From Tubulanus polymorphus (Eukaryota > Animalia > Nemertea): DNA of 64,000 bases. The translations under genes were made by a program, and so were the position numbers. The notes beneath the pieces are model-generated. The model searched no databases. It saw only the letters and a list, made by a program, of their open reading frames with translations, and was not told the origin of the DNA. This document shows positions 39,873 through 50,790 of this stretch, in pieces (position 1 is the first letter of the stretch; each line of letters opens with the position of its first letter). The stretch covers positions 4,233,814 to 4,297,813 of the forward strand of contig NC_134034.1 of the NCBI RefSeq assembly GCF_964204645.1. The letters run 5' to 3'.

Positions 39873-40146
39873 CGCAGCGGCAGCGGCAGCAGCAGCCGCA
39901 TCTACTAACAACAGCAGCAGCAACAGCAACAGTAACGGCAACGGCAACAGTAACAGTAACAGGTTAACAGTAACATTAACATTAACAGTAACAGTAACAG
40001 TTACAGCAACATCAACAGCAACAACAACAGCAACAGCAACAGAAACAGTAACAGTAACAGTAACAGTATCAGTAACAGTAACAGTAACAGCAACAGCAGC
40101 AGCAACAACACCAGCAACAACAACAACAGCGGCATCAGCAGCAGCT

Positions 40147-40213
<67 letters not shown>
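39873..40213 (+). repeat. Compound (CAG)/(CAA)/(GTAACA) simple repeat
   Basis: Directly visible; ends in a pure (CAG)n run. Confidence 0.97.
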
Positions 40214-40214
<1 letters not shown>

Positions 40215-40698
40215 ACCGTGCTGCTAGGATAGTTACCCTGACCCGGTCAAAAGATCACAATACACCAATATTCGCTTCCGATTACTGGCTCCCTGTGCGA
40301 CGGCGAATTGAATTTTAAGATTCTCTTTCTTTTGTTCGAGTCTAGATAACCGGGCTCCTTGTTACTTACAGGATTTGATAGTTTTATATCTCCACGCAGG
40401 CCCATGCACTTCGATCTAGGGTTGGAAATCATTTTGTCAATCTTTTGTCATCTATCGTCTTCAAACATTCGGTGGACGTTGCTTACAATCTATTGCATCA
40501 TCTATGCCGAACCATTGAATTCAGAGATTCGAAAAATGGGCACATTTTGAGCACATTAAGACACGGTCTGAAACACCTGCATTTCTCTAAAGCGTATGGA
40601 CTGTATATACAGCTTTTACAAATGCTGGTTTACAATTTTTTCTTAATGAAACAGGTGCTCTACAAATTGTTACTATTGATACAGATTGTTACTATTAG

Positions 40699-40812
40699 CA
40701 AGAATGTGAGATCTGAGGTGCATTAAATGCACTTCATCTTGCATCTGAAGGCAGGGAACATATAATTCTCAATTTGGATAAAACAAATGCACCTAAGATC
40801 TCACATATTCTT
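40699..40812. repeat. Small inverted-repeat element
   Basis: AAGAATGTGAGATCTGAGGTGCATT and AATGCACCTAAGATCTCACATATTCTT. Confidence 0.75.
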
Positions 40813-40897
40813 CGTACTAGTTGTACTACTTAGAGGTGAGGGGAACACGATCAACTCGATCAATTTTTCCAAAGATTACACGAAGAAGGAAACTGCT

Positions 40898-41036
40898 GGG
40901 ACCGGTTCCTCAGTTGAGATTTAAGTCCAAAAATGGTCTTAAACTCTAAGACTGGTCTTAAGTTTTTAGATTAGTTATAGAACTAAGAAGGTCTTAAAAT
41001 GGTCTTAAGCCTAAGCCATAACTATGGAAATGGGCC
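40898..41036. mobile_element. Family D-related MITE with GGTCTTAA repeats
   Basis: GGGACCGGTTCCTCAGTT...AACTATGGAAATGGGCC termini; a related fragment is at ~47145-47190. Confidence 0.55.
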
Positions 41037-42386
41037 TTGAAGATACATCTCGATGTATTGTTGTTAATACGTTGACCGACAGGTAACAAAAGGTCAAATA
41101 AAATTGGCGTTCATCTGTACACTCGTAGCGACAGTCATATTTTTTCAAGCACGGAATTTAAAAACGTATTCATTTCGATTAAGATGAGTTGGGAGAGTTG
41201 ATAGCGCGTAACAAAACCTCTCTTTCAGCCGGTGAATATCGGGTTAAACGCGTAAGCTTCTCTTCAATAGGTGCCGACGGTCTGCCACCGAACGCAGACG
41301 CAATCGGGAATTCTATTGCGCGCGACATAAGAAGATCAACAAAAAAGAGTTTCCCGGCTAGAAGTCCTTACGCGGAAACGGCCATATTTAATGGATATGT
41401 GTAAAGTTCAAAGTGCTGGCTGGTTCTGTTGTTGACGTCATGCCGCAGCCTCGTATAGAAAATTGCAGGTGAGCAAAGTCGCAGTTGATCATATAATTGA
41501 GGATGTTCTGATTACCGCCAAACCTTATGGCAAATTCAACGATTTGATAGGAGGAATATGTCAAAAAGCCGTAGAACATTCGTGGATGGATTAATGATGA
41601 TGAACGTTCGGTCAATACGACGATGTACGAATTAATGGCCACGGACGCAATTCATGGAATGGCCGGCCCAAGTGAACGGGTTAGACGTATTTGTCGAGGA
41701 TGACCGATCGATCTGATAGGTATCTTCGCTAAAAGGGTCGAATATTATCTCATGAATATATATGGCCGAAGTCACTAGGAAAAATGAACGCTCGTTTTTG
41801 CGCGTGAAGTGTTGATTAAAGAACCGTCGAGTTCCTCGCGGTCCTATTACGGCGGCCATCTTAACCGAGATCTTCTCTCAGGTATCCGGAGATAAGGTTT
41901 TCACGCGCCGAAGTAACATCGAATCTGGCACAGCTCAAAGAGACAAGTTTATTGGATTTCTTTTTATGAGATTTTTTATAGGAGTAATTCTATCCAGGCA
42001 CCGGCTTTTGGCACTAACCTGTTCGCACGGTGTTAGATCAACTGAACACTGACTCGCATGACGAGAACTAATTGAATGTACATTATATACATAAAGCTTT
42101 AATCGAGTTTCTCAAGTAACCTTCAAATACGGCCCATTATCAGTTTTATCTTGAGCAACAACACATGCACGAACGCGACGATATCTAAGAACTTCATTCC
42201 AATATTAGACCAAAGCTTGTAACAGATTGAGCCTGTGTGCGAAAAAAGTACGTATACTAGGACAGACCCCATAGGTGATAATAGAATTATGCGAAATGGA
42301 AACAATTCCGAGCATCCAATAGTGTATTTTAGCACATTAGTGAATCAACAGATATTAGCAAACACTTAGGTTAAATTACCGCATCA

Positions 42387-42492
42387 GGGCCCAGTTCCAC
42401 TTGTGAGTTAGAGTTAACTCTGAGTTAGAGGTAAGTTCATTTCCAATGAGTAACTGAGTCAAATCTTAACTCACAACTGTCGAACTGGATCC
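42387..42492 (+). mobile_element. Family D palindromic MITE (Harbinger-like GGGCCC terminus)
   Basis: GGGCCCAGTTCCAC..TTGTGAGTTA ... TAACTCACAACTGTCGAACTGGATCC. Confidence 0.8.
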
Positions 42493-43292
42493 TAGACAAA
42501 TCAGAAAGTTAAAAATTCTCACTCTATCCATTTTTTCGGTTCGGGTCCCTTGATATCCTTCGATATGGCAAGACCTTCTATTATGACCAATACCTCTACG
42601 TAATAGAGAATTCAAATTTTAGATTTAATTTTTCCAATGACTCATAACATCGTAGTTAGTTTGCTTAAAAATAATTTGCGTTGTTATTATAAGGTTCACT
42701 CCGAATCAAAAAGAAAAGTCCGATTCCCAATGTGTGCTGGATATTCTACGTCACACAGCCGGAAAACACAATGCGCAATTCAATTCAAAGTTTATTGCTC
42801 AACAAAAGACATTTTTGCGCAGAGCAGATAGATACGAAAAAAAGAAAACACACATTGCAAAAGCTTAGATTTTCTACGATCCAATTCAAGCAGTCAAGTA
42901 TCAACAAAAGGCTTTTATATTCCTCAGCGCTAAGAACTCTTTGACTTGGCGAGAAATGTCCAATCCCGACAGCTAAGCGGATTCTTCTCGGGCTAACCGT
43001 TCAAATTATCGCGATGCTTGTGACGCGTTAGCGGTAGGCGATCTGCGGGTTGTATAACTGAATACTGTCGCGAACGGAGGTAAGAAAAAACCTTTTCAGG
43101 AAATCTTCGATTTTTACGGGCAAAGCTCTTCCCGAGCTCAGTAGGAAAAGTATTTGATGATTTCCGACTACTGAGCGGCAGGCCAGATATTCACCGATTT
43201 CGACGTATAAACCAGTTTCAACTTAACCGATTTGGAGAAACAGCAGTGTGCTGCCTTCATCGCTCTTAACATTTCATCCGATGAGCAGTTTT

Positions 43293-43705
43293 AAATGGGG
43301 TAAGTACCGCACCGGGCAAACGTGGATTCCACGTTCGGCAGGCGAGGATCCGCCAGGTTCGCTAGTGGTTACTCGGTCACCGCGTTTCAATTTCTTCTAT
43401 ATTTCAATTAAATTCGAGTCAACTTTTCTCATTAGTAAATCAATTTCTAATAAAACTATACCATACAAATTCCAATCGTAAATGTATGCAAATGACTTGT
43501 TTGACAACATTTCCATTTTTGGAGCCTTAAAGTCCAGTTCAAAGTTCATTGAAAATGAACAAATTTTCATGCGTATGATAAAACGAATACGAATATTTAT
43601 TACACTCCACCCATTTCCATGGTATATGGAGAAAAAACAGCATTTACAATCAATTGCGTAAACGCGAATGCATAACTGAGTGCAATGTTACGCCATCTGG
43701 TGTGT
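43293..43705 (+). mobile_element. Family A element with internal LINE-tail insertion (~43580-43650)
   Basis: AAATGGGGTA start, GGCAGGCGAGGATCCGCCAGGTTCGCTAGTGG, insert ACGAATACGAATATTTATTACACTCCACCCATTTCCATGG, and ACGCCATCTGGTG at 43690. Confidence 0.8.
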
Positions 43706-44611
43706 ACACTGGATTACCGTCGATGCATCACCAAGCAATACATGGTTTTATAATTATAGTGATGATGATAATAATATTGATGATAGATTTATTTTCCCTC
43801 GAATTACAACGCGATTTTACAAACAAAATTACATGAACGAATACAAGAGTACTATCGCTTCTATAATTGTGATCATGGAAGCACGTGGGTTATAGACTCC
43901 AGTCTATGCCGACCACGGTGACATTCGTGTTGATTTATTTTCCGCGTTCGATTATTTAGACAACCGATTTCCGGGACGTCATTTCAGTTTGTTCAGTAAG
44001 CTCGTTACTCGCGATTTAATCCGTAACTTTGGCCCCCGGCGTCTAGTAACCTCGGAGCCGCCACTGCCCTTTATATTTATTTACACGTAATATACCATTC
44101 GCTCGTTGTTCTCGCAGATATGGAAAGTTTGTCAGCTGTCATCGCCGTTCTCACAGCGGTGACAAATTGTATTTACCAACCGGGAAACTACAAGCGTAAA
44201 ACTGAGTGAGTCTCCCGAGCCTAAATCCGCTCCATCCCTTCTATCAAAACTAAATTAAACTTGGCCGTAGTTTTTCCTTTTTAGTTGGCTTTCATTTATT
44301 TTCGAGACGCGACAGCGGCAGGGGAACGAAGCTTGAATATTATCGAACGCCGAAAGAAAGTACGTGACATCGCGTGGAAAGTTGTAAAAGTACGAAGATA
44401 TGTCGAGTGATCGATTTTGAAAAAGAGTTCGGAAAGTTCCGATCTTCGTCAAAAGGGATTCAATAACGAGAGGTAATTTTAGCGAGAGCGTCGCGGTAGA
44501 GCGTCCCTGGGGGATCGTGTCGCATAGCTACTTAAAGTATCATGTATCATTATTGGCGGAACGACGGGTGAATTTATAGCCCTGGAATTACAAACTTTCG
44601 ATACAGTTTTT

Positions 44612-44997
44612 TTAATGATAATGATAATGATAACAACGACGGTGATAATGGCAATGACAATGCCAATGACGATATCGATAACATCAATAGCAATAGTAAT
44701 AACAATAACAATGAGGATAACACCGACAATGACAATGGCAATGACGATAATGATAATAGCAACAGCAATGACAATGACAATGTCAATGACAACTAAAATG
44801 ATAATAGCAATGACAATGGCAATGATAATGGCAATAACAATGATAATAACAAAGACAATGACAATGACGATAATGATAATAGCAACAGCAATGACAATGA
44901 CAATGTCAATGACAATAAAAATGATAATAACAATAACAATGACAATGACAATGACGATAATGATAATGGCAACGACAACGACAATGATAACGATAAC
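44612..44997 (+). repeat. Compound (AAT/GAC/GAT/AAC) trinucleotide repeat
   Basis: Directly visible, with a higher-order internal duplication. Confidence 0.97.
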
Positions 44998-45564
44998 CCT
45001 ACTAAGTGTAATCAGCGCGTTTTACATTAGTAAAGAATAGATATCAGCAGATAAAATAGGAATTTAAAACAATTTTTTACAAACCCACCAAACCACCCAC
45101 CGCGATCGAAACAGGGGGTTTGATTTCTAAATCGGAAATCGAAGTACAGATATAGTTGCATGATCGTTGGTTAATCGACGAAAATAATTCGAAAATTCGG
45201 TACCGAAAAAAGGTTTTCGCCTCGCGCGGTGTCTAGCCGCTAATTTACGGCGCATGAGACGTCACTTCTCTATTAACCGGCTGTTGTTTTGCACACTTTG
45301 ACGTAATAGAAGGCATTGGAACCGTTGTCAGAGATACTAATAACAGTTCGGGAGATGTCTCATCTAATCGGTTTAGTAGAAATCCTAATCGAAAACGCCT
45401 TTCTCGTATTTTTTTTCGTATTCGTAAGCAGGGGTTTGTTAAAATACTGAGGTATACTACAAATGTCGGTGATATTCGAAGCAGCAGGACCTAATAGCCG
45501 ATAGTCGACTTTCGCCGTCTGTTTTTTGTTCGTGTTAGCATCGAAACAGACACAATCTACATCA

Positions 45565-45785
45565 AGAGTAGACAAAAACCCACAATAAAAAGAAAAAACT
45601 ATCTGGTAGCTATGAGCCATTTTCAAAAACTGATTTATTGTACAGTTATAACAATACAATAAATCAGTTTTTGAAAATGGCTCATAGAATTGAGTTGAAA
45701 CGTTAAGCTACCAGATAGTTTTTTCTTTTTATTGTGGGTTTTTGTCTACTATTCATATTGGACAGCCACTTGTATATGGAAACCA
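45565..45785 (+). mobile_element. Non-autonomous Penelope-like insertion: long inverted repeat with 13-bp TSD
   Basis: Flanked by ACAATCTACATCA (45552-45564, 45786-45798). The arms ~45567-45642 and ~45655-45750 are reverse complements, except that the left arm lacks a ~20-nt piece of the HHR. Confidence 0.9.
45666..45709 (+). ncRNA. Minimal type I hammerhead ribozyme, U3-A8 core variant
   Basis: AGTTT-TTGAAAA-T-GGCTCA-TAGAAT-TGAGTT-GAAA-CGTT-AAGCT. Both stems pair, with G-U pairs. Confidence 0.65.
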
Positions 45786-45854
45786 ACAATCTACATCAGT
45801 GAAGCTTGAAGTCGTACTATGAACATACAGAAAACGATTGTAGATAGTTGAGAC

Positions 45855-46016
45855 TATTTTTGCTCTGACGTTACGCGTGGACATTGCTTCCACCCATATT
45901 CGGAGATGTATTTAAAAATTTCAGATAAATTTTCATTTTCAAATTTCAAATATCATTCTGAAATAAATCTCTGAATATGGATGGAAGCAATCCTCCCGAT
46001 ACGTCAGTACAAAAAT
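45855..46016. mobile_element. Palindromic MITE-like element
   Basis: ATTGCTTCCACCCATATTCGGAGATGTATTT and AAATAAATCTCTGAATATGGATGGAAGCAAT, with weaker outer pairing. Confidence 0.75.
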
Positions 46017-47829
46017 AAAACCGATTGTTTCTTTTTTAAATTTATATTGTGAATGAAACAACTGCGTAGGAAACGAATCTAATATTCAATTATTTTTGAA
46101 AGTCCTACGTTATTGATAAAAGATCGATAAAAGATAAGAAAGAACTGTAGGAAAATATAGAATAATGATAATAGCCACTGATGGAAAACCGGCTCTTCAT
46201 GTAGCGACATATAGAATACCACACTAAGAATGAAAACCGGGGTCCGATAGATTTCTTAGAGCTCTATAGTACAGTAGACTTGGCTGCAGTACATCCTAAT
46301 AGCCACTATCAGGAATACAGAAGATGAACAATTTTTTGAACTGTCAGATTATTGAGACACAATGATCGTGGGGGTCAAAACCACTTGATCAAGGGGATTT
46401 TGTCTCCTTTTTTCTTTCGTTCATAATTTTCAGTTTTATCAAAATACTGATCGCACAGCGCACGCAAATGGTGCGAGATAGAATACATAGCAAATTATGG
46501 AGGCTTATTGCGGAGTAGTAACCCGGAATAAATTTTTGTTTTTAAATTTCGTGTAGTTCGAGTGATTTTACTGGACGTAGTATATTAACGCGGTATCAAA
46601 GGTTTCACGACTTTCTCAAAATGTATCAAACGTTGAACTGATTTCTAATCCCATGTCCTCGAGAATTCATAAATGTACACTCACTTAAAATCCGTTGAAA
46701 CATGTCCATGTCGACTCAGCCGCAAAACAAACCTATTAACAGTCCCGTTTGGGGGGTTTACGGCGGGGGGGGGCTTTAGAAAACCGTATGCCCATGAGGT
46801 CTCACATTTACAGATAAGATTACGTGAGCGATTCACGCGCAGCGTGCGATTGCGATAGGCACGTAATAGAAATCCGAGCCACAGGCGTTCTTTGATTATC
46901 ACCAATTAAGAGGATCGCTATAATATTGTGAAAATTGACAGCGGGAGGAATATTCCTCCAAATGTCAAAGAATGGAAACTTGACCAAGGGGGTCTGATAT
47001 GCAAATGGAGAGAATTTGACCTTCAAGTCTGATATAAAAAATTATATTGACTTTGGGAGGAATATTCCTGCCACCTCTAAACGCCAAAACCGGACGTTTC
47101 ACAATGATAGGTGATGATTGGGGTGTAATTAAATTTAGAAACTAGGGGCCAGCTATGGCTTTTACTTAAGACCAGTCAAAGACCAACAATTAGCTGTTCA
47201 GCCAATCTTGCGCGGGCCCATTTGGCACCCGTACGGACAATTGCCCCGGACCAAAATCCCTCGTCTGGATGTGGCTTTAGTTTTTGTGAAATGGATGCAA
47301 GTATCGCGTTTAATTTGAAACACCCCCAGCCCACCCCCGGTGAAAAACAAAATGAAAAATGGCTTTCCAATAAAAACCAATGACAGTTTAAGAGATAATT
47401 CACTACAGAGTGCACGTCTACCGATATCTACTTCCGGTCGTAGATTGACTGGCGCGTTTCCATTGGCAACAACTAGCACCGGTAATTAAACCGGGTTTAG
47501 AATAGAGGAGCATAAGACGCATAGGACCATCTTTACGTAGGTTAAAATGGATCGGGGAACTGTTTTCGATTTAATTAATTAGGCGGCACAAGAACGACGG
47601 CGCTAAATCGCGAAGAAACGAAACAACCCGATATACAACGCGATAAGTCTCCTCACTCGATCGTCTCCTGAGGCGCGTTTGTTTGAAATCGGTTTTCACA
47701 AACCGTTTCGATTCGTAGAAAAAATCGTCCTTGTTCATTATACCGGTTTATAAACTTATTTCCATAAGATATGAATAAAATCCCACAATAAATTGATTAT
47801 TGATAAAATGTTTATTTTGAAAACATATG

Positions 47830-47869
47830 AGAAATATTTCAAGTGGTTCCTACCGCCCTTCTTCAGTCT
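47830..47869 (-). ncRNA. Minimal hammerhead-like motif in a Penelope-like fragment (~47740-47990)
   Basis: The minus strand reads AGA-CTGAAGA-A-GGGCGGT-AGGA-ACCACTT-GAAA-TATT-TCT, followed by AATAAA and TTGTGGGATTTT. Stem III is the palindrome AATATT. Confidence 0.6.
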
Positions 47870-48132
47870 AATCGCTGCACATTACGTTATTGGGACTAGA
47901 GCACTGACGTACATTGAAAGAAGTTTATTATGGGGGCTGAAACCATTGTTGAGGTTGACAGAACGATCAGAATGAGTGGTAATCAAAGCAGATTCATAAA
48001 CCGGCGTCTTTGATTAGGCGTAAACCTAAACGTTTTGCGTAAACCGACTAAAGCGGCGAGCGGTTTGCAACATCAAACCGACTACTACGACACGGTCGTA
48101 TAATGATATCTCCGCTGTAAGCTGACTCAAAC

Positions 48133-48542
48133 CATAGAACTATAAGCGAACTGGAAGGCTGACTCCGTGACGTCAGTATACATTTGCCTTTGCTATCTTC
48201 GAAATTGATCAGCGCCTTACCGGTGGCGATAAACGAAAGTTCTAGGCCTATATTAAAATGAATATATTTCGAGCAACGTTCCTGCTAAATGCTGTTAACC
48301 ATCATCAGGCGTACTGATGATAGTACATCTGATGATGGCTAGGCTAAATGCTAGGCATTTAGCCGAAACGTTGCTCAAAATATAATAATTTTAACATATA
48401 ACTTTTCATTTTTGGCTGAATTCATTATGGGATTTTTCTCGTTATCATCATACACGGATATTGTGTATCTTCTCGTCTCATTACTAGCGGTACCTAGCAC
48501 ATTTTTGAGGAGCCAGCCTTCCGGTTCGCTTATAGTTCTATG
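48133..48542 (+). mobile_element. Family B MITE whose centre is replaced by a Penelope-like insertion
   Basis: Both TIRs are present; the sequence matches 15361-15463 on the left and 15652-15713 on the right. Confidence 0.85.
48250..48482 (+). mobile_element. Penelope-like insertion with back-to-back hammerhead remnants
   Basis: Inverted arms GAGCAACGTT..GCTAAATGC..CCATCATCAG and CTGATGATGG..GCATTTAGCCGAAACGTTGCTC, a perfect 10-bp stem II (48342-48364), then a GGGATTT box and tail homologous to 1306-1366. Confidence 0.8.
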
Positions 48543-48582
48543 AGTAATTTTAAATGTGTTGTTCTATACCAGAGGTCGAAAG

Positions 48583-48947
48583 GTCGAGTGAATAAAAAAC
48601 AAAATATAGAAATAATTTTAATTCCAAACTATAATATATTTTCATAGTTGTGTGTATTTTAGATTAAATAATAGAATAATTAGTATTATTTGAATAGATT
48701 TAATTATATGAATATATTCTATATTGTGTATCGTAATTAAATAAATTGGGAGCGGAGCGACCAATTGATTTAATTACAATATGCTTTTTGAATATGCATT
48801 TGAATAACAATATGCCTTTTGGATTTATTAATATTTTAGAATAAATATTTATTTATTATATATTTAATCTAAAATACACACAACTATAAAATATATTATA
48901 GTTTGGAATTAAAATTATTTCTATATTTTGTTTTCTATTCACTCGAC
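48583..48947. mobile_element. AT-rich foldback/MITE with ~90-bp near-perfect TIRs
   Basis: GTCGAGTGAATA.AAAACAAAATATAGAAATAATTTTAATTCCAAACTATAATATATTTT.ATAGTTGTGTGTATTTTAGATTAAATA and its reverse complement, around a central GGGAGCGGAGCGACC. Confidence 0.9.
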
Positions 48948-49489
48948 TCACACACGGCAAAACATTTGTCCTCCGCCGAAAATATGCTCGCGAACTAAAT
49001 TTAGTCGATATACGGTATTCAATTTGTAGCCTGCGTACAGACCCCTCGATACATCGTTAATTCACCGTTAACGAGTCAACTGTGCAGGATCACGTTTATG
49101 AAAAATATGTCGAAATAATGTCTTATGTCTGTTTTTTTTAGTTTATTTCCGATTAGAAATGTTGCGAGTGAAGTCATGAACACATGGTGCAGTTCGGACG
49201 TTCATTTTTTTCAAAAGAATGCTGATAAATATTCCAGTTTCATGTGAGAATTATCTAACGCGATAAGAGTGATCCCGATGATGTATCGTTTCTGGTGACT
49301 TTGGTGCAACCGAGGCGGGTCAAAAACTTCGACAGAGATTCTTGGTTTCCATAGACAAGTGGCAGTGTGATATCGATAAAGCTAAAAAAAACCCACAAGG
49401 TGAAACAAATACACTGACTTGAAAGTTTATTGACGCATTTGAACATAGCGCATATAGCGCTTGATATAGTCGGTAATGGATGATACAAT

Positions 49490-49782
49490 TTAAATAATAT
49501 CATATTAAGGATCAACAAAGTTATTTTTAACTTGAATTTATCAACGATCGAATTGAATTGACCGGCAACCAGTCTAAAAATTATTACAAAAACTAATCAA
49601 AACTATAAGAAGAGTTAGGAAATGTATTTAATCGCAAAACAAACAACGCCAAATTCACAATAAATTGTAATTATTAATTTGAAACGCCAATATCGATGAC
49701 GTAGTGCACATCGATTCACACAGAACTTCTTAGATAATGCATGCTAGGTATCAATGTTAGCCATTATTGAAACGGTTTTTAC
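49490..49782 (+). repeat. Family E interspersed repeat
   Basis: GAATTGAATTGACCGGCAACCAGTCT and GATGACGTAGTGCACATCGA blocks shared with 32930-33262 and 2011-2125. Confidence 0.7.
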
Positions 49783-49793
49783 GTCGTCGAAAT

Positions 49794-49950
49794 ACTAGGA
49801 GAGAGTCTTATGTTTCGACATAATTCGACGAGCCATTTTCAAAAGCTCACTTATTCGAAAATGGCTCATAGTCGAAACGTCAGATTCTCTTCTAGTTTTT
49901 TTTTTCCATTTATCGACGGTTTACACTCGGACTAGCTGTATCTACCTCGC
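49794..49950 (+). mobile_element. Penelope-like insertion with back-to-back degenerate hammerheads
   Basis: Inverted arms ACTAG.AGAG..TC..A.GTTTCGAC..GAGCCATTTTC and GAAAATGGCTC..GTCGAAACGTCAGATTCTCTTCTAGT, followed by the tail TACACTCGGACTAGCTGTATCTACCTCG. Confidence 0.7.
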
Positions 49951-50790
49951 ATACGTACCGAGTGAACGGTCGCTCGCGTCGGGATTAATAAGACAACTGG
50001 AGGTCGGTTCTGAATTTCAAAAAGCCAGAATCTCTCAGATCTGTGTGCGTATATATATATATACACGTACGTACATCACTAGAGGTGTGGAATAACACAT
50101 CACTGGAATCCTACTGCGCATAAAGGCACAAAGATAATGTCAGCATTGGGATTTTGAAACAAACTTGCACTTTAAGGTTTGGCCGCTCGTCGCTTCGCTT
50201 TCTTTTGATACCAACATTTGAAGGGCTTAATCTACGGATGGAACCTTGACCCGGCCGTCACGATATTTCTAAGAAACGAGATTTTCGTCAGATCGTACCG
50301 TGCATCGTTTCGTGTCTATCTCTTCGACACGCGTCCCTCTCCCTCGCTTAGAGAAAAATGAGCGCATTTGAAGTCGACGGCAGTCAGGCAGCATATTGCG
50401 ACAGGGTCTCACAGATACGCGTGGCTTGAAGCCCAGACAGCCCCGTGTCCTAGGTCATTCTAGCTATGTACGAATTTGAACCTGATGTGCAGTTAGATCG
50501 TACGCCCCGGCCGCGGTACAAAGTCCCGGCCAAGCACAGACGCATCCTCCTAAACAAGGAATTAAGCCTGATGAATTCATGACGTTTTCGTTGAACTGGA
50601 TTATTTGATGCCAAATATTTTGCTAGCGTCGGAAAAAAAGCTCAAAACTTCCGGTACGTACCCAGTGTTTAGCATGATTTCGATAAAAATCGATAACGCG
50701 AAAATTGCAATTAGGAATGATGAAGGAATTGAACACCGATAAACTGAGTATAACGGCTGTATAGCTCCGATCGCCCCACCCCGCTCGAAA

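Noticed and set aside
39768-40214. Poly-Leu/poly-Gln ORF
   Set aside because: Translation of a simple repeat; the same applies to the ORFs at 31650, 44574-45040 and 60595.
46736-47098. piggyBac-like element
   Set aside because: Weak terminal similarity and TTAA on one side only; probably a decayed repeat but not supportable.
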